Positions 12,035 through 26,340 are shown, numbered from the whole stretch's first letter. The stretch is 60,068 bases of DNA, filler included, from Sphacelaria rigidula (GCA_964200075.2; 5 parts of 5 records of this genome joined end to end with filler, not necessarily neighbours in it), one strand, 5' to 3'. The notes: a model not told the origin generated them from the letters alone. Program-made: numbers and translations.

Positions 12035-15020
12035 GAAGTTGCTTCGCACAGCAACACAGAGTAGCTTGTTATCGATGTACACAGGCAGTGGAGACAGCAC
12101 ACTTTCTCCGATGATTGCCGTTGGTGTACAGAGGCAATGCACAAAAACACCGCCTGTCCAGTCTCATATTCTCGTTTTGTTATCTTGTTATTAGTGCACA
12201 CAGGCAGTAGTGACCGCAAACGTTATGACTGTGTTCGGTCTATCAAAGGCAGTGCTTCGAACATAGAAAAGACCGTGCTTGAGGCCCTGGCTTGTGCGCT
12301 AGACAGCGTAGAGACAACACAGCCGGTTTTGATCAGAGCAAACTCCATGGTTCGTGGTACTTTATGTTGGGAGAATGAATTGCCCCTTGTACACAAGCGC
12401 ATACAAGAAATCAGCACCACATGGCAGGACAGAAGATACAAACACATACCCTTCAAAATGAAGCTCGTCCCATGTTGCGTTGTTCACATATTTTTGTTAG
12501 TTTTCACAGTCGGAAGTGGAACACATCATTGCTGTCTCCCGACTGTGAAAGGATCAAAGGACCGCAATAAAAGTTTGGCACACCGGCTTAGCTTATGCGC
12601 TGGACCCAACACTCTGACATGAAACAGACGCGTCAAACTTTTCGGTGACCGCCTTGAGCCTTTCGGTGGCAACTTTGAGTTCTTTTTCAGCCTTCTCTGC
12701 GCGTTGAAGCACCGCCTTGACCTTGCGCGCGGCTGTCAAGGCACAGGATGAGTCTTGACCGGTTTTCCCTTGTACTTCGTCCATGCTGCGCGGGAGTCCG
12801 TTTTTTTCTTGAGTTTCCAAACACCGAGCATTTGAGACTTCCGCATTCTTCACCTCGACAAACGCTACTGTTCCTGAAGCCCCAAGTGCCGATTTTTCAA
12901 CGCAGATATCTCGGCAACGAGACAGAGGATTGAACTGCGGTTTGATGCGTGTACTTCCCACACACCAGAACTTTTCAGCGCCGCAACGGCTTGCCGGAAC
13001 GCGTGCCGCGGAGCCCCCAGCACTCTGCAAACCGCCAAAAATGTACGAAAAACGCGTTTTCTTCGACGTGCGGGGGCGTTTCGGATCCGCTGTGGCGAAT
13101 TGAGCAAGCCTGTTGCGGCGCTGAATAGATCTAGTGTGTGCGCGGGGGGCTGTCAAGTGCCACCGGCCGGTTTGCTTCCTGTCTCGAGAATTATGCGATG
13201 AAAACATTACAGCTGTCGCATACTAAACGTAGGTAACTTGGGGTGGAGCGTGTGTTCTGTTCGGCACAGGTGCGGCACAGGTGCGGCACAGATCCGACCA
13301 GTCAATGACGTCTTCAGTACGTCTTCAATATCCCTCCGCGTTCGTACTTTTTTTAGTTGACCACGGATTTTTGGTCGGTAAGGCCTTCATTCACCCCCAT
13401 AACTGTGCAGTGGTGGTGTCTTCACCTTCAAGGCGATATGTACATATGTCAGGCGGGGTTCCACCTTACGGCGGTGGAATTTTTTGTTTCTTTAAATACC
13501 AGGTACCCCCGTGTTCCACCATACCCAACTACCTACACCATTTTCCCCCGCATGGTATGTGCCATGCTAACGTAGAACGTGGCCCAATGCGATTGGTGTA
13601 AGGCCAGCTGAAGTTGATGCAGTCAGTAAATCCTGTGGGCTGAGGGACAGGCATGCCCAGTACACGTGTCTAGCTTACGTCCGTAATCCACATGATTCAG
13701 GGCCAAGCTCGACGCCCTGCCCCTGAGCAGAACATTTTGCTACAAATGGCTTTACTCATCCGGTGCAGTAGGCAAGGGTGGGCTGATCAATCCGCTTCAA
13801 GGCTAAGTGAGCCTCACTCTCTATGAGGTGATTAACATTTTGCGTGGACTATATGGCCTTGCAGGAAGGCCCTAGCGAGGCTTTTGCTCCGTAGGCTTCG
13901 TCTTACTTGTTGGGCCTTTTAAAAACATCAGAATTTGAGTTACTTCTTTTGTTTCGGCGCCCCGTTTTTTTTCGTTCTAGGCCTCTCTTTTGTTTGCTTC
14001 GGTTTCTCCAAAAAAAATGACCTCTGGCAGCTTTCTTCTGCCATAAACATTTTTTTAACCCACCGCCTACCAGAAGGCAGCCGGCCCCCTGCTCCTGGAT
14101 ATTGATTGGCGAGTTGATGTGTCCTGTGTTGTCGCTTGACAGGCAGGTAGGCAGGTAGGCAGGTAAGCAGCCCGACGCGCCGCCTTCGGCTGGCCCCGCA
14201 GAAATGGACTAAAAAAAGTGCGAAAAAAAGGCTCCCTAGGGTAGGATATGGATTATAGAACATATATTGAGAGTTGAGAAAAAAAGCTTTTTCGAATCTC
14301 CAAAAACCAAAAATGGACTTTTGGCGCTGAAGTGTACGCGGAAAACGTCTAGAAGGCCCCCACTGTGCCAGCTTAAGCTTCGAACGACGTAGAATGGAAG
14401 TTATAAGAGAATAACTCAAGTGTGGCAACCCCCACATAGCAGGGACAACTTCCCACGAGTGTCTGTCAAAGAATCATCCTTTCACAATGGCAACACCAGT
14501 GAGATCGCTCGTACGCTTCACGAACAGAATGTCCCGGGTTCAAATCCCGTAGCCCACCAACATGGTGGGAGCCAAAAAATAATGGTGGATACCCTCTCAA
14601 GCAGAGTTCAAAACTCATGGCAAATCTCCTACGACGATTGTCGGTAATTGGATAACCCAACACACGTAAAATATATGTGAATTAAAAGGCAAGATTCCAA
14701 CCGCTAGCCGGCGAAAAGGTTACTTATCCTCAACCTCGAAGAGGTTTCATGAAAGGGCAGGGTGATGTGGGAACCGCTACATAGAAGCAACAAATTCTTT
14801 GAAGTGTCAAGGAATCGCCTTTTCACACACAAACTCAATAACCGATCATCCAACTATTCAACTATCTAACCGACGAAATAGCTAAATAAGTTATCAAATA
14901 AACTGAATAACCAAATGGAGAGTTTCGGAAAATATTTTCTCCGTATTTCAGGATCAGAACGGAAGGGGCCGGTAACGCTATGAATTCCACACTGAAAAAA
15001 ACTTCAGGGTCAACATATAA

Positions 15021-15450
15021 TACGGGATTTTACAAATTGGGGATGGATTTTTTCATTGGGGATGAGAACCCCAGAGAATTAAAATCTTCGTATCCACACT
15101 AAATCTTCGAAATTTGGTTCCATATCTTCACGTGTTGGTAGCTGTTGACACCTACTACACGCCATGAAAAAGTTGGATTTCGATATCCGAAATTTTGGGG
15201 TCCTAAGTGAAAAATTAATTTGGGGGAATTTAGGCGATCCGATCGGACCCCAAAAATTGTTCTTCACCTAAAACCCCAACAATTCGGTAGTTAAACTCCA
15301 AATTTGTATGGCGTTTACTAGTTGTCAATAGCTACCAGCAAGTGAAAAAATGGAACCATGTTTCCAAGATTTGGTGTGGATACGAAGGTTTGCATTCTCC
15401 GGGTTCTCATCTCCAACAGAAATTCCATCCCCAATTTGTAAAATCTCGTG
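15021..15450. mobile_element. Foldback MITE (~200-bp TIRs)
   Basis: GATTTTACAAATTGGGGATGG... versus ...CCATCCCCAATTTGTAAAATC; the arms nearly meet. Confidence 0.85.
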
Positions 15451-16024
15451 TTACTTCAGTCTCTGAGCCCTGTTTGGAGCACTCCATTCTGAAATCCGAT
15501 GTGCCTCTTCAGCCTTCAGCACGGAGCGAAAAAGTACCACCACCACCCCCACCACCACTGCCACAGCAAGTTCACAATCAATACTCCCTAACAAGCACAA
15601 GCACAGTGGAACATTTATCACAACTGTCATGCTTTTAGTAATGGACCCGTCACGAAGTAGCAACTCTTCGCATCGCAGACAAGGGGCCTCCTTCTCGCCG
15701 CCATGGTATCAGCAATTCGTTCTGTTGTGTTGCGTGAAATTTGAATGCTCGACGTGAAGCAGGACGTTACCTTAGGTACCTCTCCTCGAAACTGTCAGCC
15801 TCAGCCGGAAGAACACGATGTGAACGATTCGTAGTCTACAGCGTACAAGCAGTCCTGAACCTGGCTACACTGCCGTTCCGTTAGAGATGATCACGTCTTC
15901 CACCACCGTTGTGGGTGGCCTGTTACAATATCATGGCAATACGACTTGCCTTCGAAAGCGCGGCCGTGCTGTATGTACGGTATCACTGCCTACCGCAATC
16001 ATGTACCATAGGGTTATGCATTGC

Positions 16025-16863
16025 ACTGTTATGGGGATAAATGAAGGCCTTACCGAACAAAAATCCGTTTTCCCACAAGCAATATAACGAACGCGGAGGG
16101 ATATTGGAGACGTATTGAAGACGTCATGGACTGTTGGGACCTGTGCCGAACCTGTGCCGAGCGTGACACACGCTCCATCCAAAGTTACCTAGGTTTCGTA
16201 TGCAACAGCTGTGACTTTTTCATCGCGCAGTTCTCGAGACAGGAAGCACAGCGGCCTCTGGAACTTCACAGCCCCCCGCACACATACTAGACCTATTCAG
16301 CGCCGCAAGCGGATTTGCTCAATTCGCTACAGCGGATCCGAAAAGCCCCGGAACGTTGCAGCAAAACCGTTTTCAGCACATTTCGGGTTTGGTTTCGTGT
16401 TCGGTGCAGCGGTTTGCAAAGTGCTGCGGCCTCCGCGGCACGCGTTACGGAAATTTGCTTACAATACTTGGTAGTTCTGGTGTGTTGGAAGCGCATGCAT
16501 CAGACCGCAGTCCAATCCTTTGCTTCGTTGCCGAGAAATTAGAGTTGAAAGATCAGCACAACGACATACTGCAGGGAGAGGGGCACAACAACAACACGAG
16601 CAGCAGCTTCTATCCTCCTGTTGTTGTAACCCTGTGTACAGGTGTACAGCAACGTCAGTCACAGGTGGGTTGTAGATTCCATTATAGCAATAGTACATTT
16701 TGTATGAGCGCCGTCATCATTTCGAGTGACGCGTGTGCTTGTGATTGATACTGATTGGCTCATTTAGGTTTCATTCCTTCTGGATTCAACTGACTGTGTA
16801 GTTGGTCGGTCCATTTTTCAGGGATATAGTGTCCGAAATCGGGCCCCAATCACCCCCATAACT
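16025..16863. mobile_element. MITE with C(A/T)GTTATGGGG termini; related inverted copy at ~12890-13405
   Basis: Ends CTGTTATGGGGA / CCCCCATAACTG-TA. 16025-16560 is the reverse-complement homologue of 12890-13405. Confidence 0.6.
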
Positions 16864-17139
16864 GTACTGTACTGTACACTACACCTTCGTGCAGTGAAAT
16901 AGTGCGAGTGCAGTGACACGTAGTGAGTGATGCAGTACGAAACCGTGCCACAGGGTACGGCAAAATACAGGCTCGCTACTGTGCGGTGGGCTGACCTATG
17001 CATTTTCGAACCAGACGCTGGTCGACTGCACATTTGGCGGGGTAACCTGCTGCTCTTGACTGCCAACGATGCAGTAGCGCCAACCCACGTCACGTCAGAC
17101 TCCGTCCTCAAGTGTTCACCTTCCGTTCTGAAGTTTTTG

Positions 17140-17381
17140 AAAACTTCCACGCTAAAGCTTCTTCGTTCTGGTTCTGAAATGAATTTCGATTTTGTTTCCG
17201 AAACTGTCTCACAACCAACTGAACTGAAGAACTGAATACCCAACTGAGAGTCATGCTCCGAAACTTCCACGCTGAAGCTTCTTCGTTCTGGTTCTGAAAT
17301 GAATTTCGATTTTTTTTCCGAAACTGTCTCACAACCAACTGAACTGAAGAACTGAATACCCAACTGAGAGTCATGCTCCGA
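17140..17381. repeat. Tandem duplication, 2 x 120 bp
   Basis: AAACTTCCACGCT...GAGAGTCATGCTCCG repeated almost perfectly. Confidence 0.92.
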
Positions 17382-17387
17382 TGAGGA

Positions 17388-17463
17388 GGGGGGGGGGCGT
17401 ACTCATTTGTTGCTTGCCTTAGTCATTTGACCATTGACCACGCATCCCTTTCGAGACGGAGCA
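17388..17463 (-). repeat. Isolated LINE 3' tail
   Basis: Reverse complement of the tail at 31505-31575 and 8740-8805. Confidence 0.75.
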
Positions 17464-17816
17464 TGGGGGGAGGGAGAAGTTGATCCACGGAGAGAGAAGA
17501 CTCATGGGTATTTCAGACGATGTGAAAAACTCGCGGCGCGCTTGTATTCGGTTTGGGTAAAAACGGCGCCAAGAAGTATGGATGGGCACTATTTATCGGT
17601 AACAAGCGCGTTCGGACAACCGTTGCTGCTTTCAACGACGATTGGAGTGGAAATTGGTGTAGGAACTGACCCAAACACACACACACCCTCCTGTCGTAGC
17701 ATTACTCCTAAATAACTAAATAACTAAATCACGAGATGACTGAAAAACTAAACAAATAATTAAATATTCAACCAAAAAACTAGAAACCTGAAAGACTCGT
17801 TTTACAAAAGTCTCAC

Positions 17817-17988
17817 CCTGGACACGGGCGAAGGCGTAGAGCATGTAGGGAGCGGTATTTCCTTGCAGTGACAACATCTTTGCGAAGCTGAAGCGATAGT
17901 CCGACTCTCGGTGCATGGACAGGTCGGCGTACTTCACCGCTCCGATGCCCACCACCTTCGATACCCTGTCCAGCTCCTCTTCATCGAG
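17817..17988 (-). CDS. argS: Arginyl-tRNA synthetase, internal exon
   Basis: [46 protein letters not shown], a hallmark ArgRS segment. AAG acceptor after a pyrimidine/GT tract; GTGAGA donor. Confidence 0.93.
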
Positions 17989-18019
17989 CTTTGTGCAGGG
18001 TTGTCGAGAGGAAGGAAGC

Positions 18020-18060
<41 letters not shown>

Positions 18061-19979
18061 GCGCACACATTAGCACACGTACCGAGAGGGATTGATTGCG
18101 TTGGTGAAGATAGCCGTTACCGTTCCCTTCTTTGATTTTCTTTCGCAAGCCCTTTCCGTTTCTGCATCTCGCAGCAGATCAGTTCATGGTTGATTGGTTG
18201 GTTGATTGATTGTCGCACTTTAACTGACCCCCAAGGGGTGCACCCGCCGCCATGAGTTGGACGTATCCAAGGCAATTATAATTATTCATCATAGTCTACG
18301 CACATTAGCCCGATCTCTCGAACCCGTGGTCACAGACGTGGGCTCGTCTTTTCAATACCTTCCCCTGCAATCCCTCACAAGAGATAAAGAGCTCTCATCG
18401 TTTCTTCCGAGACTCCAGACAAAAACAAAAACAGACACAGAGACAGAGACAAAAACAAAACAATGGTAAATCAAGTCACGACGATAGAGACCTCAAGAGA
18501 ACCGGAGGGAGATGACGGGCAAAAACAAGATGGAAATACTTGGGAGAGGAATAATTGCCAATCCCTTTCCATATAGGCTAGCAGCCGTCGAGGTTAGGTT
18601 CTCAACACCTTACCGTTCGGGATAGGGTTAATCCAAGGTTTAGGCCTGAAGCGGTGCAGAACATTTAACAGTCCTAAACAAAATGTGCAATAGGCGTAGG
18701 GCCACTGATCTCGAAGTCCAAAAGCCTTCCTGGAAAAGGATCGGGCAGTGACCGTTTTTCCGACAACTTTTACTGCATCGACGAAGAACGTTCCCCACAC
18801 TCTGGGTAATGACAGCATATTACACGGTCAAAAAGTGCACTGCGTACAGTATGAAATCTAGTGCCTATTGCAATAGACGCCATAGTCGATACTGTACGCA
18901 GAATACTTCTTGACAAATTCAATATTCTGTCATTATCCAGAGTGTGCAATTTTTCAAACCGTGTCTTGTTGCTCTAGCAACGGTTTTGGTGGGCTTTTGC
19001 ACCATGATCGAGGGCGCTCGCCCGCGTGATAACTCACCATGATTCATTTGCGAGGTAAGTGAACGGCGGCCGCTGTACTGAGAGAACCTGAAGAAATGTA
19101 CGCAAACACTGGTTGGTATTATGTAGACGCCGCTAACCTCAACGCTAACCCTAACCCTAACTACGTCCAAGGCATACCGGAAACCCTCGGGCATGGAGGG
19201 TGCAAAGCATTCCTTAAGCAAAGTGTGCGTTGCGAGAGCTCAAATCGACACCTTTCAGCCGATTTTGGATCAAAACACGTTCTGCTGGGTCTACTACTCA
19301 CCACTGCTGACCTACCACAGATCGTAAATTTTCTCAGAAAAATGTTCTTCATTCTGAAATCGAGTACAATCGAGTATCAACCATTGTTTACGTACATTTC
19401 TTTAGGTCCACTGGCCGTACCGACTGCACTACGCACGCCCGTGTACTCGCATGTATAATGTACGCTACGTAGCACTGTACGGCACTTCAGGCGTGCTGAT
19501 CCTAATAACCCTAACGATCCTAACAATCCTCATGATACTCATGCTAACAACAGGAATAACAACGACGACAATACAAGACACAGTCCTGCGGACAGCGGGC
19601 GTGACTTATCTAGCCCGGACGGTGGGTGGGTGTAGGTTGTAGCTCCTCACTCGGTGAAAGGGTACGGAGTGTGCGGAGCCGCGACGTGGACTCGAACGGG
19701 ACGGACTTTGCAAAGCAGGGCTTGGGTTGGAACTTAGAGTGCCTGGGAAGGGGGCTCCGACGAGGAAGCCTCCCTCCAGGACGGGAGAATGACGATCCCA
19801 GACTGAGGATTGGAGGATGACAGTCCCAGGGTGACAGGCCCGGAAAGACGGTCCGGGTTGACTAACCCGGGATTATCAAAAAGCGGGTCGGGTCAAGTAG
19901 AGGTCATGAAAACAGTAATTTTGACTGTGATGGACGATCTGCAAGTCCCACGCACGGATATTTGTGCTGTGGGTGCTCA

Positions 19980-20180
<201 letters not shown>

Positions 20181-20528
20181 TCATATCAATCGATCAACCT
20201 ACGAGTAGAACGCGAAAAACGAGCAGTTGTTTTCAAGCTGACAGAAAGGGGAACGAATATACACGCGTACCACTCTGAACCGAGATTAGTGGGCGATACG
20301 GATGACCCGGAACAATTAGCCGGTTCTACAAAAGATGAAAAAACAATAAGATATCGCGTACACGGTATTGAAATGAAAAACGTTATCAAACACTGAAGGC
20401 ATTTGAAGGATGAAAAAAATGGAGAACATCGGTGAAAGGTCACCGAGGAGAGTTTCAAACCATCCCCCCCCCGTGGGATAGCCGAGGTTCTTACAGGGCT
20501 AACCGGGAAGATTTTAGGGTCAATTTTT

Positions 20529-22988
20529 CAAGGGTAGGTCGGGTAGGTTATATACCCAATACTCGGTATTTTGAAAAGCCACACGCTTAGTACCCAAACG
20601 TTTGGGTAGAGTATTGAAATCGCACCCAATTTCACCAAATGTTTGAGTGGAGAATTAGATATCGTACCCAACCTACCCAGATTTTGGATCAAGTGTCGAG
20701 GTCATACCCAAGTGATACTCTATACCCGGATATTGCTGAGAGCGCTTTACAAAAATTTGGGAAGAGTGTTGAGGCCATACCTAAGTGATACGCATCAAAG
20801 ACTCATGCGATATGAACCACGGATGGTAAACTTTCATGTCCAAGGTCAGACCGCACGAATCACCGACTAGAAATGTGTACACCCCAAGTAGTATCAGATG
20901 GATCAAGAGTGGAAAATATGTACGAATCACAATTCCTTCGTGAATCATGGGTCGGAAACATGTACACTGGATTCATCTCGCATGAATGGAAGGTGAGGAA
21001 CATGCACGTATGATTCATACTGCATGAATGGAAATCGGTAAGCATGTACGCTTGCTTCACCTCGTATGGATGTAAGCCGGAGAACACGTACGTATGGTCC
21101 ATGCTGCATGAACGGAAATCGGTAAGCATGTACGCTTGCTTCACCTCGTATGGATGTAAGCCGGAGAACACGTACGTATGGTCCATGCTGCATGAACGGA
21201 AATCGGGAAGCATGTGCGCTTGGTTCACCTCGTATGGATGTAAGCCGGGGAACACGTACGTATGGTCCATGCTGCAAGAACAAAAATCTGGAAGTATGTA
21301 CGCCTGATTCACCTCGAATGAAGAGCAGGTGCAGAACGTGTGCCTATGATTCATGCTCCATGGATGAGGCGGAGACATACGTGCGCTTGCTTCACCGCGT
21401 ATGAATGGACGGTGGGAAACATGTATCTATGATAAATGCTCACGAACGGAAGGTGGAGAACATGTACACGAGTCATGTGAATCATGCTGTATGAATCAAA
21501 GGAAAATAAACAGCTAAAAGAATCACTCTAGGCGCGCAGATGCGTGCTGTGCCATGCTGTACCGTACTGTCGGTGGACTGCAAAGTACGCTGCCGGAGTT
21601 CAACTCCCGCGAGCATGCAAGGACGACTCATGCTGATGCTGTGTTCTTCGCAAGTGTTCATGGTATTGTATACAGTATGTTCAAATGAGCTGTACTACCA
21701 CAGAACACAACATAAAATCACAAAGCCTGTCAATAGCATACCTTCGGGGAAAAATACTACCCTCGTATTCGATGTACTATGTGAGTACAAAATTTGAAAT
21801 TGGGTTTGTTAGGATTGGCTCTTAGAGGGTTCCCGACCTGCACGCTCTTATTTGCGTACCCCTGCCTGAAGAAGGGCCGCGCCACCGGAGAGTCGCGCCC
21901 AAGAAATGAGAGTCGCGCCCCATGAGATGGCGAATGAGAGACAAGGTGTTCAAATGATTTATGTCGTGTGAACAGAAGGTGGGGAATATGTACGTGTGAT
22001 TCACGCTGCATAGATGAAAAGTGGGCAGCATGTACAATTGATCCATCTTGTATGAATGGAGGTAGGGCTCATGTACGTATGAATCATGCCGCATGAACGA
22101 AAATTGGTAAACATGTACGTTTGATTCACCTCGTATGAATGGAGGGCGAGAAACGTGTACGCACGATTCATGCTACGTGAACGGAAACTGGGAAGCATGT
22201 TCGCTCGATTCACCTCGAATGGATGGAAGGTGGGGAAACGTGTGCCTATGATTCATGCTGCATGAATGGAAATTGGGGAACATGTAGCTATGACTCACAC
22301 CATACGAATGGAAGGTAGGAAACGTATACCTTCGACGTTGTTCCGCACGGATCACGTACTGGGAATGTGTACACTCAAGGTGGTGTCGTAGGAATCACGA
22401 ACCCAAAACATGTACGACTCACAACTTGTGTACGAATCGTATGATTGATTCGTCCAAATGTTGAACATGAAGCGAATCACGATTTCATTCGTCCGAACCG
22501 TGCATCAGTTCCACCACACTTTTTTTCGAGCGAAAAATTAATTGCCAAGACACGGCCTTACCTAATATTGGACCAGAGTATTAAAATCGTATCCAATTTA
22601 TCCAAAATTTGGGTAGAGTATTAAGGTCATATCGAAGTGATACTTTATACCAAGGTATCGCTGAGAGTTCCGACCCAAAATTGGGTGGAGAATTTGAGGC
22701 CGTACCAAATCTACCCAAACTTTGGGTAGAATGTTGAGGTCATACCCTAGTGATACTCTATCCACAGGTATTGCTGAGAGCGCTTACCCAATGGTTTGGT
22801 AGGATATTTGAGATCGTACTCAATCTACTCAAAAATTGGGTAGAGTATTTGAGTTCGCACCCAATCTACTCGAAAATTGAGTGAAGCGTTTGAGGCCGTG
22901 CCCTATCTACCCAAACCTTGAGTAGAATAAACACCCGGGTATTTGACCCGAGTTTTCAAACGTACACACCCTACCCGATCTGCCCTTG
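20529..22988. mobile_element. hAT-like non-autonomous element
   Basis: TIR CAAGGG(T/C)AG(G/A)TCGGGTAGG; 8-bp TSD CAATTTTT/CAATTTTC; ~40-bp subterminal repeats (TTGGGTAGAGTATTGA..CGTACCCAA). Confidence 0.8.
20890..22450. repeat. 84-bp (2 x 42-bp) minisatellite, interrupted at ~21495-21960
   Basis: CATGTACGCTTGCTTCACCTCGTATGGATG occurs at 21043 and 21127 (period 84), with degenerate units on either side. Confidence 0.88.
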
Positions 22989-23579
22989 CAATTTTCGTCC
23001 ACCTCCCCGAGCGCAATGCATGATGTTTTTCGCTTCAGTTCTCTCGGTGTGTTTCATGGATGTCATGACCGAGTTAAGGAGCAGATAAACAGGAGGAATG
23101 AAAAATGAAGAGAAAAGAAAAAGAAAAAAAAACGAGGAAGAAAGGAGCGAAAAAGAAACGAGGGGGAGGGAAACAAAAAGGAAGAAAGGAACTGAGAAGA
23201 AAGAAAAACTCAAGGCAAAAAAGGGAGAAAAAAATCAAGGAAAGTGAGAGAAATTCGACATTATCATGAATACGGAAAGACGTACTACCGCCAAGAGGAA
23301 GTGTTGACAGCAGCCTTTTGGCATGCTTGACAGAGAGACATGTGCGCGCCCCCCTCTCCCCTCACGCCTTCATCCATGATGCTAATACGTGCGCGCGCGC
23401 GTGTGTGCGTGTGTCGAAGTCTTGGAATATGCATGTATGACCATCCACACAGCTGGCATATGACCATAGCTACCAAGGGTCGGACGAATTAATTATTCGT
23501 CCAAATATTACTTGATTTTAGTGTCGTTGATTCGTACCGTACGAATCAATCCTTAGGCTTCGTTTTCAGCGTCGTGACG

Positions 23580-23645
23580 TCCCGGTGGTGTAATGGTCCG
23601 ACTGTCGCCATCAGGGTGGAGAGAACGGGGGTTCGATTTCCGATG
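23580..23645 (+). repeat. tRNA-derived (Pol III A/B-box) SINE-head-like sequence; related copy at 40730-40795 (-)
   Basis: TGGTGTAATGG...GGTTCGATTTCC boxes; no convincing cloverleaf. Confidence 0.4.
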
Positions 23646-24198
23646 CGTTGCGTATTTTCTTCGTAATGTATGATTTGCACCGTGGAAAGCGTGAGAACGT
23701 GAGTGAACAAACTAGTCGACTGGGTTTGTGTGACGAGACTTGACACGGTGCGGAAGTGCTGACCCAATCCGCGACATCAAAATGAAAAACACTAACCGGG
23801 GAGAGATGGATTGATCCCTCGAGACCACGGACTCATCCCGAGGAAGGGGAGGGGTTCAAAGTGTTAGGGAAAAAAAAAAAAAAGTACGCGCAGCCCAGGC
23901 ACGTGGAATGGCGCAAACGTTGCGTGGGGACCTGTTTGACCAGCGGTGGTCTTTTTTTTCCCTCTTTCNNNNNNNNNNNNNNNNNNNNNNNNNNNNNNNN
24001 NNNNNNNNNNNNTTAATTAATTAANNNNNNNNNNNNNNNNNNNNNNNNNNNNNNNNNNNNNNNNNNNNCGTGCTCCGTCCCGGCTTTGTAGGGATGCGAG
24101 GTCAATGATCTTTTAACTACGGCATGCATGATCATGAGTACATGCACACACGCACACACCGCTCCCCATCGGAGCATGGCTCCAAATGCATCATCATA

Positions 24199-24769
24199 CG
24201 AGCTGGGCCAGCTTAAAAGCTGCTAAAACTTGCTCGCACCACAGCTTCCACAGTTTCCCGAATGAATCCGATGTAAGCATGTCACTGTGAAGTGTAGACC
24301 AACCTGGTAACACACGGCACCGCCGCTGAGTGAAGAAAAATGTAAAAAAATGTACTGCATAATGTATGACCTCAACGACGGACGAAAATAAAAAGAGAAT
24401 CTGTCGGGATTCGAACTCATGACCCCCATAACTGGAGTCTCCTATAACTTGATTTATAGGGGTGCAGCAGCGTCACGGAAAATGTTGAACGCACGACCCA
24501 ATTCGACGAGTCTTGAGCTGAAATTTCAGGAAGACCTTCTGCACCCAAGGAACTCCTTTTTTCTTGGATTTATGGCATGATCTTGTTCTTTTTCCTGAAA
24601 TTTCAAATGCCCATAACTTCTTCATTTTTTATTTTTTATTTTCTGGTCCCGTGGTCTCCTGCATTTCGATCATGAAAACCTGCTGTCAAAATTTCAGCGT
24701 CCAACTCCTAATATCGCGCCCTGCGACGCCTGGTCGAGATTCACACCTACTCTTGGCTGGCCCAGCTCG
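24199..24769. mobile_element. TA-flanked MITE (TIR CGAGCTGGGCC)
   Basis: TA-CGAGCTGGGCC...GGCCCAGCTCG-TA; second copy at 43308-45741. Confidence 0.8.
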
Positions 24770-25779
24770 TAGTGTTGTGAGGTTTCGTAGCATGTAGTTC
24801 ATGCCGGGCTAGTGACCCGTCGCACTATGCCGGGGTTTTTTTCGGGGGGCGGGGGGGGGTCTGAGATTCGGTCCCCTCTGAAGGGTTATTAACGTGCGTG
24901 GAAAATGACAGGTTCAAGAACAGGAAGCGAGAGTATCCTGTGGAGTGGCTGCTGGGGGGTGGACGCGGCGTGGTGGAACTATGCATGCTTCCCCGAAAAC
25001 AGATCCTCAACGTTCAAAGCCGATGGTTGCAGGTATTTTTGATTCATCGATCGGTCCGTTGGTTGGGTTGGTTCGTAAGCTGGTTTGTGGAGTGTTCTCA
25101 CATCACGAGTAACGTCATCCTTCACTAATATGGCCGTGGCTATGAGATACCGTACCAAAGGTGAATGAAGCGGAAACCTTGGGTGGGGGATATATGTAAG
25201 GAATATATACATATAATATATATATACTGTTTTCGTTGTTATTGTTATTTCTTGTATTATTATTTTTTTCCGTTTTTCCTTTTTTTTTTCTCGTGGTTTA
25301 CTCTGTTGTCTTGTTCTATTTTTTCTGTTTCTTATTCTTTCTTCAGCGAGTGCCTCAGTTTCGTTCTGTCTCGGGTACGTGGATCATGTGACCACAACTT
25401 TATCCCTGGGGGGGTCAGTTGAAGTGCGGCAATAAATCGATCGTTTCATGTCAGCCCGATGCTTGTCTTTTCTCCCAGGCAGGTGCAACTTCCCCGCTGT
25501 CTCCGACGATACTTCTTCCTCGCTTCTGGTGTGCTTTTTTCTTTTACATCTCTACACCCTATTTTGGGTTGTAAGCCAGTCACCACTGAAGGACTTCGCA
25601 TCAAGTGCCCAGTACAGATATTGGAACGGTTTTGAATGTGAAGACAACAAACACAACGATTGTTATACTCTACTTTTCTTCTCTTATATTTTTCATGTAT
25701 GCTATTGTTCTTCATCGATGATAACTTCTTTTTTTATCACGTTTTTTAGACCGTATCGTACGACTCGTTTTTTTTTCGG

Positions 25780-26207
25780 GGGGTCGTGATTCCTACTTTT
25801 GGGACCTTTGATACGATTTTTGGCCCCCCAAACAGGGAATACCGCCATCCCACGTATTGGACACTTCGCATCGCCCCACCGATACGATTCTAAGCCTCTT
25901 CTCAGATTCGCCTGGCTCCGAGTTTTAGTGATCGGCCTCTAAACAAAACTACGGCTGGGAAAAAAAAATGCGGTGTCTGCAGGTATTTATTTTCATGGTG
26001 AAAATACTTGCAGATACCGCTTTTGTTTTCCCAGCCGTTTTTTGTCCAGAGACCGTTCTCGAACCCTCAAAGTCAGGAGAAGGTAGAAAGTGGGCTACAC
26101 TCCTGTCGGTGGGGCGATGCAAAATGTCCAAGACGTGGGATGGCGATATTTCCTGTTTGGGGGCTGAAAACTGTATCAAAGGTCCCAAAAGTAGGATATA
26201 CGACCCC
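25780..26207. mobile_element. Foldback MITE
   Basis: GGGGTCGT..TCCTACTTTTGGGACCTTTGATAC versus GTATCAAAGGTCCCAAAAGTAGGA..ACGACCCC; long imperfect arms. Confidence 0.85.
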
Positions 26208-26340
26208 TTCCTCCCCCCAGAATATACGAGCCGTAAGAGACGGTCTGTTTATTCATGTTTTACCCCTTGTTTTCCGTTCGTCCTTTGACGTTGATCACTG
26301 ATGAACATTATTCTCCATTATATTTTTTTTTTCGTTGCAG

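Noticed and set aside
12137-13207. 161- and 204-aa ORFs as host genes
   Set aside because: The 204-aa ORF overlaps a dispersed repeat with an inverted homologue at 16025-16560; neither has a recognisable motif.
12890-16560. One large element bounded by 550-bp inverted repeats
   Set aside because: The terminal motifs face inward, so these are better explained as two separate copies in opposite orientation.
19133-19162. Telomere (CCCTAA)n
   Set aside because: Only 2-3 degenerate units, internal to an intron.
20890-22450. CRISPR-like array
   Set aside because: The units are contiguous degenerate tandem repeats without unique spacers, there are no cas genes, and the context is eukaryotic.
23580-23645. 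Functional tRNA gene
   Set aside because: A/B boxes are present but acceptor and anticodon stems do not pair convincingly.
23700-23780. Further ArgRS exon (GQHF-like)
   Set aside because: The surrounding residues and splice sites do not fit the expected upstream ArgRS segment.
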